Source: Comamonas sp. lk
GTDB taxonomy: Bacteria; Pseudomonadota; Gammaproteobacteria; Burkholderiales; Burkholderiaceae_C
Assembly: GCA_945901215.1 (NCBI GenBank)
Contig: CAMDKE010000001.1
Coordinates: forward strand, 1 to 41,132
Direction of reading: 5' to 3'
DNA length: 41,132 nt
The notes below the pieces were generated by a model, which saw only the letters and a list, made by a program, of their open reading frames with translations, did not search any database and was not told where the DNA came from. A program made the translations under genes and the position numbers. Shown here in pieces: positions 10,078 to 19,988 of the stretch (within the stretch, counting starts at the first letter, position 1; every line of letters starts with the position of its first letter).

Positions 10078-10833
10078 TCAATCGCGGTAGCTGCTGTCCA
10101 TGCGGTCGAGTTTGCGCAGCATCGCTGGCCAGGCAAAGGCGCCGCCTAAACCGTCGGTTTGGGCGCGCATGGCGTGGCCAACGCCGTCGATGATGCGGGG
10201 ATCCACCTGCGTGAGGGTGCCGCCGGCTTGCGCGGCAATCTGGATTTGGCAGGTGGACTCGAAGTTGTACATGAGTAAGAACGCCTCGGCAATGCTGCTG
10301 CCCACCACCAGCAGGCCGTGATTGCGCAGCATAAGGTGTTTGGCCGTGCCCAGGTCGGCTTGCAGGCGCGGTTTCTCGGCATCGTGGAGCGCCACGCCCT
10401 CATAGCTGTGGTAGCCCAAAGAGGCCAGCACAAAGGTTGATTGCTGGCTGATCGGCAGCACGCCGCATACCTGGGCGCTGACGGCCACCCCGGCGCGGGT
10501 GTGGGTATGCAAGACGCAGGCGGCGTCTTCGCGTACCGCGTGCACCGCGCTGTGAATGACAAAGCCCGCCGGGTTGATTGGGTGTTCTGAAGCGCTGAGC
10601 TTGTTGCCCGCTTGGTCGATTTTGATCAGGCTGCTGGCAGTAATTTCTTCAAATAACAGCCCATAAGGGTTGATTAAAAAATGGTGCTCAGGGCCGGGCA
10701 TGCGTGCGCTGATGTGGGTGAAGATCAAATCGCTCCAGCCAAAAGCTGCCACCAGGCGGTAGCACGCGGCCAGGTCGACGCGCAGTTGCCACTCTTCGGG
10801 GCTGACCTGGTCTTTGAGGGATGGGCTAGACAT
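10078..10833 (-). CDS. Class II aldolase/adducin family protein
   Basis: LRVDLAACYRL, FTHISAR, IHSAVH, HTHT and LRNHGLL motifs. Start taken at ATG 10833. Confidence 0.9.
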   Translation of the reverse strand: MSSPSLKDQVSPEEWQLRVDLAACYRLVAAFGWSDLIFTHISARMPGPEHHFLINPYGLLFEEITASSLIKIDQAGNKLSASEHPINPAGFVIHSAVHAVREDAACVLHTHTRAGVAVSAQVCGVLPISQQSTFVLASLGYHSYEGVALHDAEKPRLQADLGTAKHLMLRNHGLLVVGSSIAEAFLLMYNFESTCQIQIAAQAGGTLTQVDPRIIDGVGHAMRAQTDGLGGAFAWPAMLRKLDRMDSSYRD

Positions 10834-10990
10834 GCGCAGGCTCCAAAAAGCAAAGTACGCGTTCACTCTACCCCAGCACCCGCACCAAAACACTTAGGGG
10901 AAAGACTAGGAAATGTCGCGCGCGCGTCTTGAAATTCCAGCTTGGGTGCGCGCCGGTAAAATCGCCCTCCTCCCGTTTTGATTGCCCGCC

Positions 10991-12991
10991 ATGCTTTATC
11001 CCCAACAGTTTGACGTCATCGTCGTCGGCGGCGGCCACGCCGGGTGCGAGGCTGCGCTGGCTGCGGCGCGCATGGGTTGCAAGACCTTGCTCCTGACGCA
11101 CAACATCGAAACCCTGGGGCAGATGAGCTGCAACCCGTCGATTGGTGGCATTGGCAAAGGCCACCTGGTCAAAGAGGTGGACGCCCTGGGCGGCGCCATG
11201 GCGCTGGCCACCGACGAGAGCGGCGTGCAGTTCCGCATCCTCAACTCCAGCAAAGGCCCGGCGGTGCGCGCCACCCGCGCCCAGGCCGACCGCATTTTGT
11301 ACAAAGCGGCCATCCGCCGCATGCTGGAAAACCAGCCCAACTTGTCGCTGTTTCAGCAAGCGGTGGACGACTTGCTGGTGGAGGGTGACCGGGTGGTCGG
11401 CGCGGTCACGCAGATCGGCATCAGCTTTCGCGCCAAGACCGTGGTGCTGACCGCTGGCACGTTTTTGGACGGCAAGATCCATGTCGGCATGAACAACTAC
11501 GCCGCTGGGCGCGCGGGTGATCCTCCGGCCCTGCGTCTGAGCGCGCGCCTCAAAGAGCTAAAGCTGGCGCAAGGCCGCTTAAAGACGGGTACGCCGCCGC
11601 GCATTGACGGGCGCAGCATTGACTTCAGCAGATGCCAGGCGCAGCCCGGCGACGGCATGCCCGGCGGCATGAGCGCGGCCATGCCGGTGTTCAGTTTTAT
11701 GGGGCGCGTGGAGCAACACCCGCAGCAAATGCCGTGCTGGATCACCCACACCAATGCGCGCACCCACGAGATCATCCGCAGCGGCTTTGACCGCAGCCCC
11801 ATGTTCACTGGCAACATCGAAGGCGTGGGCCCGCGTTATTGCCCCAGCGTAGAAGACAAGGTCAACCGCTTTGCCGACAAGGAAAGCCACCAGATTTTTC
11901 TTGAACCCGAGGGCCTGACCACCCACGAGTACTACCCCAACGGCATTTCCACCAGCCTGCCCTTTGACATCCAGTACGCGCTGGTGCGCAGCATGGTTGG
12001 GCTGGAAAACGCCCACATCTTGCGCCCGGGCTACGCCATTGAGTACGACTACTTTGACCCGCGCGCGCTGAAAAGCAGCTTTGAGACGCGGCAAATTGGC
12101 GGGCTGTTTTTTGCCGGTCAGATCAACGGCACCACCGGCTACGAAGAAGCCGCAGCCCAAGGCCTGTTTGCCGGCGTGAACGCCGCGCTGCAAGCCGGGG
12201 CGCAAACCGCCTGGAGCGGCGACACCTGGTTGCCCGGCCGAGACGAGGCGTACTTGGGCGTTTTGGTCGACGACCTGATTACCAAGGGCGTGACCGAGCC
12301 CTACCGCATGTTCACCAGCCGCGCCGAGTTTCGGCTGCAGCTGCGGGAAGACAACGCCGACGTGCGCCTGACCGAAGCCGGTCGCGCTTTGGGGCTGGTG
12401 GATGACGCGCGCTGGACCGCGTTTTGCCGCAAGCGCGAGGCTGTTTCACGTGAAACAGAGCGTCTGCGCTCCATCTGGGTCAACCCCAACAACCTGCCCG
12501 CCAGTGAGTCCGAGCGCGTGTTGGGGAAGGCCATTGAGCATGAATACAACCTGGCCGAACTGCTGCGCCGCCCCGACGTGCGCTACGCCGACCTGATGGG
12601 CCTGGACGGCGGGCGCTATGCCAGCTCGGTGCTAGCGCCCCAGCCAGATGCGGTAGATGCATCGCAGGACGTGTTTGTGGCCAGCGTGATCGAGCAGGTG
12701 GAAATTGGAGCCAAGTACTCGGGTTACATCACGCGCCAGCAAGAAGAGGTTAGCCGCGCTGCGCATTACGAGAACCTGCGCCTGCCCGCAGAGCTGGATT
12801 ACATGCAGGTTTCCGCCCTGAGCATTGAGGCGCGCCAGCGCCTGAACCAGCTGCGCCCCGAGACCCTGGGCCAGGCCTCGCGCCTCTCAGGCATTACCCC
12901 GGCCACGATTTCGCTCTTGTTGATCCACCTGAAAAAAGGCAATTTCCGGGATTTCTCCGCCAAGGGTGTCGCCACTGAGGCGCAGTTGTGA
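10991..12991 (+). CDS. mnmG: tRNA uridine 5-carboxymethylaminomethyl modification enzyme MnmG (GidA)
   Basis: [46 protein letters not shown] and [11 protein letters not shown] motifs. Confidence 0.98.
   Translation: MLYPQQFDVIVVGGGHAGCEAALAAARMGCKTLLLTHNIETLGQMSCNPSIGGIGKGHLVKEVDALGGAMALATDESGVQFRILNSSKGPAVRATRAQADRILYKAAIRRMLENQPNLSLFQQAVDDLLVEGDRVVGAVTQIGISFRAKTVVLTAGTFLDGKIHVGMNNYAAGRAGDPPALRLSARLKELKLAQGRLKTGTPPRIDGRSIDFSRCQAQPGDGMPGGMSAAMPVFSFMGRVEQHPQQMPCWITHTNARTHEIIRSGFDRSPMFTGNIEGVGPRYCPSVEDKVNRFADKESHQIFLEPEGLTTHEYYPNGISTSLPFDIQYALVRSMVGLENAHILRPGYAIEYDYFDPRALKSSFETRQIGGLFFAGQINGTTGYEEAAAQGLFAGVNAALQAGAQTAWSGDTWLPGRDEAYLGVLVDDLITKGVTEPYRMFTSRAEFRLQLREDNADVRLTEAGRALGLVDDARWTAFCRKREAVSRETERLRSIWVNPNNLPASESERVLGKAIEHEYNLAELLRRPDVRYADLMGLDGGRYASSVLAPQPDAVDASQDVFVASVIEQVEIGAKYSGYITRQQEEVSRAAHYENLRLPAELDYMQVSALSIEARQRLNQLRPETLGQASRLSGITPATISLLLIHLKKGNFRDFSAKGVATEAQL
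12442..12457. promoter_or_regulatory. parS: parS centromere site inside mnmG
   Basis: Perfect consensus palindrome TGTTTCACGTGAAACA, about 1.3 kb upstream of parA. Confidence 0.93.
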
Positions 12992-13647
12992 TTCGGCCAC
13001 TGGAAGCGGAGCTGCGCGCCGGGCTGGATGTACTCGCCCTCGTTTTGGACGACGCGCAGGTGGCTGCACTGCTCGACTACATCGCCCTGATCCAGAAATG
13101 GACCAAGGTCTACAACCTGACGGCCGTGCGCGAGCCGCGCGACATGCTCACCCACCACGTGCTCGACAGCTTGGCGGTGGTGGGCCCTTTGCGCCAACAA
13201 CTGCAGGCACTTGGCCTGGGCCCGGCGGTGCGGGTGTTGGACGTGGGTGCGGGCGCTGGCTTGCCTGGCGTGGTGTTGGCGGTCTGCGAGCCAGCGATGA
13301 CGATTCACTGCGTGGACACCGTGGCCAAGAAGGCAGCGTTTGTGCAACAGGCGGCGGTGAGCTTGAAGCTGGCCAACCTGCGCGGCATCCACGCGCGGGT
13401 CGAGAGTGTGACTGAGCCTTATGACGTGGTATGTTCGCGCGCCTTCGCGTCGCTCGCCGACTTCACCCGGTGGTCGGCGCTGGCCTTGGCGCCGGCGGGC
13501 GTCTGGATGGCGATGAAGGGCAAGCACCCGGATGCTGAATTGGCTCCTTTGGCCGCGAACGTGGTCGTGTTTCACGTGGAACCGCTGCAGGTGCCCGGTC
13601 TGGACGCCCAGCGCTGCTTGGTCTGGATGCGGCGCGGGGTAACGTAA
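12988..13647 (+). CDS. rsmG: 16S rRNA m7G527 methyltransferase RsmG (GidB)
   Basis: [21 protein letters not shown] and SRAFASL motifs. GTGA overlap with the mnmG stop. Confidence 0.97.
   Translation: MIRPLEAELRAGLDVLALVLDDAQVAALLDYIALIQKWTKVYNLTAVREPRDMLTHHVLDSLAVVGPLRQQLQALGLGPAVRVLDVGAGAGLPGVVLAVCEPAMTIHCVDTVAKKAAFVQQAAVSLKLANLRGIHARVESVTEPYDVVCSRAFASLADFTRWSALALAPAGVWMAMKGKHPDAELAPLAANVVVFHVEPLQVPGLDAQRCLVWMRRGVT
13568..13583. promoter_or_regulatory. parS: parS centromere site inside rsmG
   Basis: TGTTTCACGTGGAACC, near-consensus. Confidence 0.88.
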
Positions 13648-13772
13648 ACTCCCCTGCCCCGCGCAAGAAAAGTTTTTACGTGGTACGCGCGGCGGCAGCG
13701 CCCACCAGGTGCGTTGCCCGTCTTTTTTATCACGTCTTTGTTCGCAGGCGCTTTTCACCTTACAAGCAAACC

Positions 13773-14561
13773 ATGGCCCAAATCTTTTGCATTGCCAACC
13801 AAAAAGGCGGCGTCGGAAAAACCACCACCACGGTGAACTTGGCGGCTGGCCTGGCCCAGCTGGGCCAGCGCGTGCTGATGGTGGACCTTGACCCGCAGGG
13901 CAATGCCACCATGGGCTCGGGCGTCGATAAGCGCAGCCTGGCGCTGACGGTGTACGACGTGCTGCTGGAGTCTGCCACTATCGCCGAGGCGCGCACGCGC
14001 AGCGACAAACTGGTCGCCGCTGCTTGTAGCTACGACATATTGGGCGCGAACCGCGAGTTGGCTGGTGCCGAGGTGGAAATGGTCGAGCTCGAGCGCCGCG
14101 AGCGCCGCCTGAAAACAGCCTTGGCAGCCGTGGATGGCGAGTACGATTTTGTGCTAATTGACTGCCCGCCTTCGTTGTCCATGCTCACGCTCAATGGCTT
14201 GTGCTGCGCTCACGGCGTGATCGTTCCCATGCAGTGCGAGTACTTTGCCTTAGAGGGCTTAACGGACTTGGTTAACACCATCAAGCAAGTGCGCGCCAAT
14301 TTAAATGACAATTTAAAAATAATCGGCCTTTTGCGTGTGATGTTTGACCCCCGCATTACCTTGCAACAGCAGGTCAGCGAGCAGCTCAAGGCGCACTTTG
14401 GCAAGACGGTGTTTGACACCGTGATTCCCCGCAACGTGCGACTGGCCGAGGCGCCGAGCTTTGGCTTGCCCGGCGTGGCATTTGACCCGTCCTCCAAGGG
14501 TGCGCAGGCCTTTGTTGCCTTTGCCCAAGAGATGGTGCGCCGCATACCCACCATGGCCTGA
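13773..14561 (+). CDS. parA: Chromosome partitioning ATPase ParA/Soj
   Basis: NQKGGVGKTTT deviant Walker A, DLDPQGNAT, IDCPPSL and PRNVRLAEAPS motifs. Start at ATG 13773. Confidence 0.97.
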   Translation: MAQIFCIANQKGGVGKTTTTVNLAAGLAQLGQRVLMVDLDPQGNATMGSGVDKRSLALTVYDVLLESATIAEARTRSDKLVAAACSYDILGANRELAGAEVEMVELERRERRLKTALAAVDGEYDFVLIDCPPSLSMLTLNGLCCAHGVIVPMQCEYFALEGLTDLVNTIKQVRANLNDNLKIIGLLRVMFDPRITLQQQVSEQLKAHFGKTVFDTVIPRNVRLAEAPSFGLPGVAFDPSSKGAQAFVAFAQEMVRRIPTMA

Positions 14562-14565
14562 TGGC

Positions 14566-15126
14566 ATGGCGTCGCCCACTCAGGTTTTGTTGTTGCCGGG
14601 ATGGCAAAACTCCGGCCCAGACCACTGGCAAAGCCGCTGGGAACAGCTCTACGGCTACGAGCGGGTGCAGCAGCACGACTGGATGAAACCTTTGCGCGGC
14701 GACTGGATTACGCGTTTGGAGGAGGTGCTGCTCGGGCAAAGCCGCCCCTGCATCCTGGTGGCGCACAGTTTGGGCTGCCTGCTGGTGGCGGCGTGGGCTG
14801 TGTGCTCGCGCCACACAGCGCGTGTGCAAGGGGCTCTTTTGGTGGCGCCAGGGGACGCGGCACGTACCGAGTTGCGCCCCATGCTCCAAAGCTGGGCGCC
14901 CGTGGTCATGAAGCCCCTGCCTTTCCCTTCCGTGCTGGTGGGCAGTCACAACGACCCGTACTGCAGGCTGGAGCGCGCGCGTGCATTTGCAGCCGCGTGG
15001 GGCTCGCAATGGAACGACGCCGGCCACGCCGGCCATACCAATGCGCAATCCGAACTCGGTGACTGGCCCGAAGGCCACGCGCTCTTACAAGCACTATCCG
15101 TTCAAAAAGGAAACACACCATGGTGA
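14566..15126 (+). CDS. RBBP9/YdeN-family alpha/beta hydrolase
   Basis: PGWQNSGPDHWQ, nucleophile elbow AHSLG, SHNDPY and AGH motifs. Starts 4 nt after the parA stop and overlaps the parB start. Confidence 0.88.
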   Translation: MASPTQVLLLPGWQNSGPDHWQSRWEQLYGYERVQQHDWMKPLRGDWITRLEEVLLGQSRPCILVAHSLGCLLVAAWAVCSRHTARVQGALLVAPGDAARTELRPMLQSWAPVVMKPLPFPSVLVGSHNDPYCRLERARAFAAAWGSQWNDAGHAGHTNAQSELGDWPEGHALLQALSVQKGNTPW

Positions 15127-16076
15127 CCAAAAAACCCAAAGGCCTGGGCATGGGCTTGGAGGCCTTGTTGGGCCCGAAGGTGCAAGACGCCGCGCCTGAC
15201 ACTGGCGCGCTGCCCGATGGGCTGCCCACGAGCTTGCTTTTGGGCGACTTGGTGCCTGGCGTGTACCAGCCGCGCACCCACATGGACGAGGGCGCTCTGT
15301 ACGAGCTGGCTGAGAGCATCAAGGCCCAAGGCATCATGCAGCCGATTTTGGTCCGCCAGCTCGACGACGCTCAGGCCGGCGCCCATCGGCCTGCGGGCTC
15401 GAGCCGCGCGGTATTTGAGATCATTGCCGGTGAGCGGCGTTTTCGGGCCGCCAAGTTGGCCGGGCTCGACAGCGTGCCGGTGCTGGTGCGCAACGTGGGC
15501 AACGAAGCTGCGGCGGCCATGGCCCTCATCGAGAACATGCAGCGCGAAGACCTCAACCCATTGGAGGAGGCGCAAGGCCTGCAGCGCCTGATCAAAGAGT
15601 TTGGCCTCACCCACGAGGCCGCCGCCCAGTCCGTGGGGCGCTCCCGCAGCGCCGCCAGCAACCTGATGCGCTTGCTCAACCTGGCCGATCCGGTGCAAGC
15701 CCTGTTGATGGCTGGTGATCTGGACATGGGACACGCCCGCGCCTTGCTGTCCCTGGACCGCGCAAGCCAAATCACCGCGGCCAACCAAATTGTGAGCAAA
15801 AAGCTCTCGGTGCGCGAGTCTGAGAGCCTGGTAAAAAAGCTGACGGTGGAGTTTTCCTTGGTGGCCTCTAAGCCGAAAAAAGAAAAGTCACGCGACCTCA
15901 AGCGGGTGGAGGAAGAGTTGTCGGACTTGCTAATGGCGCAGGTCGATGTGCATATCAAAAAGCGCGTCAAACGCGCCGGGCGCATTGAAGAAATGGGCGA
16001 ATTGGTGATCCAGTTTGGCTCGCTTGACGAACTCAATGGTTTGATCGAGCGCCTTTCACCCAACGCCAGCCGATAA
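15120..16076 (+). CDS. parB: Chromosome partitioning protein ParB/Spo0J
   Basis: KGLGMGLEALL, QPR, IIAGERRFRAA, ENMQREDLNPLEEA, an HTH and MGHARALL. Confidence 0.97.
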   Translation: MVTKKPKGLGMGLEALLGPKVQDAAPDTGALPDGLPTSLLLGDLVPGVYQPRTHMDEGALYELAESIKAQGIMQPILVRQLDDAQAGAHRPAGSSRAVFEIIAGERRFRAAKLAGLDSVPVLVRNVGNEAAAAMALIENMQREDLNPLEEAQGLQRLIKEFGLTHEAAAQSVGRSRSAASNLMRLLNLADPVQALLMAGDLDMGHARALLSLDRASQITAANQIVSKKLSVRESESLVKKLTVEFSLVASKPKKEKSRDLKRVEEELSDLLMAQVDVHIKKRVKRAGRIEEMGELVIQFGSLDELNGLIERLSPNASR

Positions 16077-16087
16077 AGCCCGCACCC

Positions 16088-16885
16088 ATGTCTGATCCCC
16101 AAGCCCAAACTGCGTCAGCCCCATCGCGCTGGCGAGCTGCGCCGCCCTGGCCCCTGCCCGCCTTGCTGAGCTGGGGTGCGAGTTGGGGTGTTTTTCGCCT
16201 CTTGCCCTTGCAGGGGTTTTCGCTTGGGGTCGCGCTGCTGGCGGGCGCCAGTGTGGGCGTGGTGCTGAGCCTGTGGGGCAAGAGCTGGTGGCGCAAGCTT
16301 GTTATTGCCGCCGGTTTTCCGGTGTCGTTTGCGTTGACGCTGCCCCTCTTGGGCATGGGGGATGTTGCGCCCTGGGTGTGGTTGCTGCCTTTGGCGGTGA
16401 TGCTCTTGGTCTACCCCATGAACGCCTGGGCCGACGCGCCCTTGTTCCCCACGCCGGCGGCGGCTTTGCGCGCGCTGCCCGCTGTGGCGCCGCTGCCCGC
16501 AGGCGCGCGCGTTTTGGACGCGGGTTGCGGCATGGGCCACGGCCTGAGGGCCTTGCGAAGCGCCTATCCGCAAGCGCAGTTTTATGGTTTGGAGTGGAGC
16601 GCGGTGCTGCGCTGGTGGTGCGCGCTGCGCCTGCCCTGGGCGCGTGTGACACGCGCCGATATCTGGCTGGCCGACTGGTCGTCTTACGATATGGTGTATC
16701 TGTTTCAACGCCCGGAAAGCATGCCGCGCGCGGTGGCCAAGTCCGCGCAGGAGTTGCGCGTTGGGGCTTACATGGTAAGTTTGGATTTTGAGGCCACGCA
16801 GCTCATTGCGCACGCGAGTTACACCGCACCCAATGGCAAAATGGTATGGATTTACCAAGCCCCTTTTGCTTACGCGAGGACCTAG
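16088..16885 (+). CDS. Membrane-anchored class I SAM-dependent methyltransferase
   Basis: Hydrophobic N-terminal half, followed by APLFPTP and VLDAGCGMG motif I. Confidence 0.8.
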   Translation: MSDPQAQTASAPSRWRAAPPWPLPALLSWGASWGVFRLLPLQGFSLGVALLAGASVGVVLSLWGKSWWRKLVIAAGFPVSFALTLPLLGMGDVAPWVWLLPLAVMLLVYPMNAWADAPLFPTPAAALRALPAVAPLPAGARVLDAGCGMGHGLRALRSAYPQAQFYGLEWSAVLRWWCALRLPWARVTRADIWLADWSSYDMVYLFQRPESMPRAVAKSAQELRVGAYMVSLDFEATQLIAHASYTAPNGKMVWIYQAPFAYART

Positions 16886-16886
16886 C

Positions 16887-17633
16887 ATGACGCTTCCTGT
16901 ACCCTCTCCCGACCCGACCCCCAGCGCCGCCGCGTCCACCCAGGATGTGCTCTTGTTTGCGATGGCTGCTTTGCTGGAGCGGCGCGACGCGGACACCCCT
17001 CAGCACCTGCTGCGCATGCAGTCGTATGTGACGGTTTTGGTGCAGGTGCTGGGCCAGCAAGCCGCTTTTGCTGCCACCCTCAGCCCCTCCTATGTTGCGC
17101 AGTTAATGCGAGCGGTGCTGGTGTATGACATCGGCACGCTGGCCATTGCAGAGCGGGTATTGCTCAAGCCCGGCCGGTACAACCAAGAGGACCGCCTGGC
17201 CATGCAAAGCCACACGGTGCGCGGCCATGATGCCTTGGAACAGGCCGAAAAAATGCTGGGCTACGCCGACCCTGGCGCACAGATTGCCAAAGAGCTTGCA
17301 CTGTCGCACCACGAGCACTGGAACGGCCAGGGCTACCCCAACCAGCTGCACGGCCAGGCCATTCCCCTGTCTGCGCGTCTGGTGGCGGTGGCTGATGTGT
17401 ACGACGCCATGGTCAGCCACAAGGTCTACAAGGCCGGCGTTTCGCATGCGCAGGCTGTGGCCCAAATCGCCGCTGAGCGGGGCGGCCAGTTCGACCCCGA
17501 TGTGGTGGATGCATTCGTAGAGCATGCCGATGCGTTTGACGCAATCGCCAAGCGCCACGCCGACAGCGACCTGGACATGCAGCACAAGATGGAGTACTTG
17601 GCCACCGCCGTGGCAGAGACCGTGAACGCATAA
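16887..17633 (+). CDS. Stand-alone HD-GYP domain protein with degenerate HD motif
   Basis: HHEHWNGQGYP, IPLSARLVAVADVYDA and QFDPDVVDAF motifs. The HD position reads YD. Confidence 0.88.
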   Translation: MTLPVPSPDPTPSAAASTQDVLLFAMAALLERRDADTPQHLLRMQSYVTVLVQVLGQQAAFAATLSPSYVAQLMRAVLVYDIGTLAIAERVLLKPGRYNQEDRLAMQSHTVRGHDALEQAEKMLGYADPGAQIAKELALSHHEHWNGQGYPNQLHGQAIPLSARLVAVADVYDAMVSHKVYKAGVSHAQAVAQIAAERGGQFDPDVVDAFVEHADAFDAIAKRHADSDLDMQHKMEYLATAVAETVNA

Positions 17634-17707
17634 GAACGCAGGCCACTGCTGTTAGCCCGCCCCTCCCGCGAGGGAGCCCATCCCTATTTTTTGAAAGACC
17701 CCAGCCC

Positions 17708-18280
17708 ATGGCCAACCGCCTGACACAAATCGCCACCCGCACCGGAGACAACGGAACCACCGGCTTGGGCGACAACACCCGGGTTTCCAAAAACAGCCTG
17801 CGGGTGCACGCCATGGGCGATGTTGACGAGCTGAACTGCCACATTGGCGTGCTGCTGTGCGAGACCATGCCCGATGCCGTGCGAAGCCTGTTGGTTGAGA
17901 TCCAGCACCAGTTGTTTAACCTGGGCGGCGAACTCTCGATTCCCGGCTTTGAGCTGCTCAAAATGGACGCAGTGCTGGCGCTGGACCAGGCCTTAGAGCG
18001 GCACAACCAAGACTTGCCCAAGCTGCAAGAATTTATCTTGCCCGCAGGCAACCGGGCCGCATCCCTGGCCCATGTGTGCCGCACGGTGGCACGCCGGGCC
18101 GAGCGCGCCGTAGTGGCGCTTGGAAACGAGGAGGCGCTCAAAGAGGCGCCACGCCAATACCTTAACCGCCTGTCGGACCTGATGTTTGTGTTGGCGCGGG
18201 TTTTGAACCGCCACCGCAGCGACGGCAGCCAGGGCGACGACGTGTACTGGAAGAGCGAGCGCCTGGCGCGTCAAACTTAG
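17708..18280 (+). CDS. ATP:cob(I)alamin adenosyltransferase, PduO type
   Basis: TRTGDNGTT, GDVDELN, RTVARRAER and YLNRLSDLMFVLAR motifs. Confidence 0.93.
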   Translation: MANRLTQIATRTGDNGTTGLGDNTRVSKNSLRVHAMGDVDELNCHIGVLLCETMPDAVRSLLVEIQHQLFNLGGELSIPGFELLKMDAVLALDQALERHNQDLPKLQEFILPAGNRAASLAHVCRTVARRAERAVVALGNEEALKEAPRQYLNRLSDLMFVLARVLNRHRSDGSQGDDVYWKSERLARQT

Positions 18281-19959
18281 GCCATCAAGGCCAACACGTC
18301 GGCGCGCACCGCAGCCAGGGGCGCTGACCAGTCGCGGGGCGTGCTTTGGCGGTACAGGCGTGCGCTGGGGTACCAGGGCGAGTCGCTTCGGTCCATCAGC
18401 CAGCGCCAGTCGGGCAAATACGGCAGCAAGACCCAGGTCGGCCGCGCCAGCGCACCGCTTAAATGGGCCACGCTGGTGTCCACCGAAATCACCACATCCA
18501 TGCACGCGCACAGGGCAGCTGTGTCTGAAAAACTGCCAATCACCGGACCAAAATGGGCCAGCCCGGCATGCTCCAAGGCCGCTTGGTCGCTGGCGCGCAC
18601 CTCTTTTTGTAGGCTGACGTACTGAGCGCCATCGGGCAGGGCGCCCATGAGCGTAGCCAAGGCCAGGCTGCGGTTGTGGTCGTCTTTGTGGCTGGGGCTG
18701 CCGCTCCACACCAAGCCCACCCGCAGGCGGGTTTTTGGCCCCAGGCGCTGGCTCCATGTTGCCTGGTCGCCGGCGCGTGCGCGCAGGTAGGGTACTGCCG
18801 CTGGCACCGACGCCAAGTCGGTTCCCAGCGCCACCGGCAGGCTCAGCAAGGGGCAAACCAAGTCAAACGGCGGTAGCGCATCGCCTTGGCGCACCAGGGT
18901 GGCCACGCCCTCCAAACCAGTGAACAGGTCCAACAGGGCCGGCTCTGCCTCCAAAACCACGTGTGCGCCCAGATCGGCCGCGGCCTTGGCATAGCGCACA
19001 AATTGCAGTGTGTCGCCCAAACCCTGTTCCGGGTGCAGCAAAACGGTTTTGCCCGCCACCGGCACGTCGCCAAGCCACAGGGGCTGGGGAAAGTGGCGGT
19101 CAATGGCCGCAAAGGCCGCCGTTTTCCAGCGCCACTGGTAGCCGGCAAAACCGGCGCGCAAATCACCTTTGAGCAGCAAGGTAAGTGCCTTGTTCCACTG
19201 TGCATCGGCGTAGCCCGGGTCTAGCGCCAGCGCCTGTTCGCAGCTGGCCAACGCCTCGTTCAGGCGGTGCAGGTGTTTGAGCGCCACGCTGCGGTTGCTA
19301 TAGGCCAGCAGGTAGTGGGGTTTGAGTGCCAGCGCGCGGTCGTAGCTGGCAAGTGCCTGGCCATAGTCCCCGGCCGCCTGGTGGGCATTGCCCAAATTCA
19401 GATGCGTGGATGCCGCTTGCGGGTCCAGTGCCAGGGATTGCCCCAGGCTGTCGATGGCCGCGTCCACCCGCCCCAGCGCAAGCAAGGCGTTGCCGCGAAA
19501 GCCCAGTGCCTCGGCGTTCTGGGGCGTGAGGGCAAGGGTTTGCTCATAGCCCGCCAGCGCCTCGCTCCAGCGCCCCAGCTCACCCAGGGCGCTGGCACGG
19601 TCACACAACGCCGCAGCGTAATCGGGCTGGTGCACCAGCGCCTGGTCAAAGCACTCGATGCCGGCGGCGAACTGTTGGAGCTGGCACATGGCAACGCCCA
19701 AACCGTAGTAGGCAGCGTGGCTTGCCGGCCTAACCTCTAAAGCGCGGCAAAACGCTTCGACGGCGGCGTTTGCCTGCTGGTTCTTTGACTGAACCACGCC
19801 CAACAAGACCAGTGCATCAAAATGCCCTGGGTCCTGGGCCAGGATGACCTCACATGCCGCGCGACCTTGCTCTAACTGGTTGTCGGCCACCAGTGCACGC
19901 GCGGTTTGAAGCTGTGCTTTCAGGGCGTCGTGTGACAAAGCAGTCGGTTCCATGTTCAT
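18277..19959 (-). CDS. TPR-repeat protein with C-terminal glycosyltransferase-like (GT9-type) domain
   Basis: Several 34-aa TPR repeats, then EQGLGDTLQFVRY, VGLVWSG, DVVISVDTSVAHL and DWRW...SPWYPS. Confidence 0.85.
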   Translation of the reverse strand: MNMEPTALSHDALKAQLQTARALVADNQLEQGRAACEVILAQDPGHFDALVLLGVVQSKNQQANAAVEAFCRALEVRPASHAAYYGLGVAMCQLQQFAAGIECFDQALVHQPDYAAALCDRASALGELGRWSEALAGYEQTLALTPQNAEALGFRGNALLALGRVDAAIDSLGQSLALDPQAASTHLNLGNAHQAAGDYGQALASYDRALALKPHYLLAYSNRSVALKHLHRLNEALASCEQALALDPGYADAQWNKALTLLLKGDLRAGFAGYQWRWKTAAFAAIDRHFPQPLWLGDVPVAGKTVLLHPEQGLGDTLQFVRYAKAAADLGAHVVLEAEPALLDLFTGLEGVATLVRQGDALPPFDLVCPLLSLPVALGTDLASVPAAVPYLRARAGDQATWSQRLGPKTRLRVGLVWSGSPSHKDDHNRSLALATLMGALPDGAQYVSLQKEVRASDQAALEHAGLAHFGPVIGSFSDTAALCACMDVVISVDTSVAHLSGALARPTWVLLPYLPDWRWLMDRSDSPWYPSARLYRQSTPRDWSAPLAAVRADVLALMA

Positions 19960-19988
19960 CAGGTCGGGCTGGTCATTCCAAGTGCGGG

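Noticed and set aside
10834-10990. oriC upstream of mnmG
   Set aside because: The region is short and has no TTATCCACA DnaA boxes or AT-rich unwinding element.
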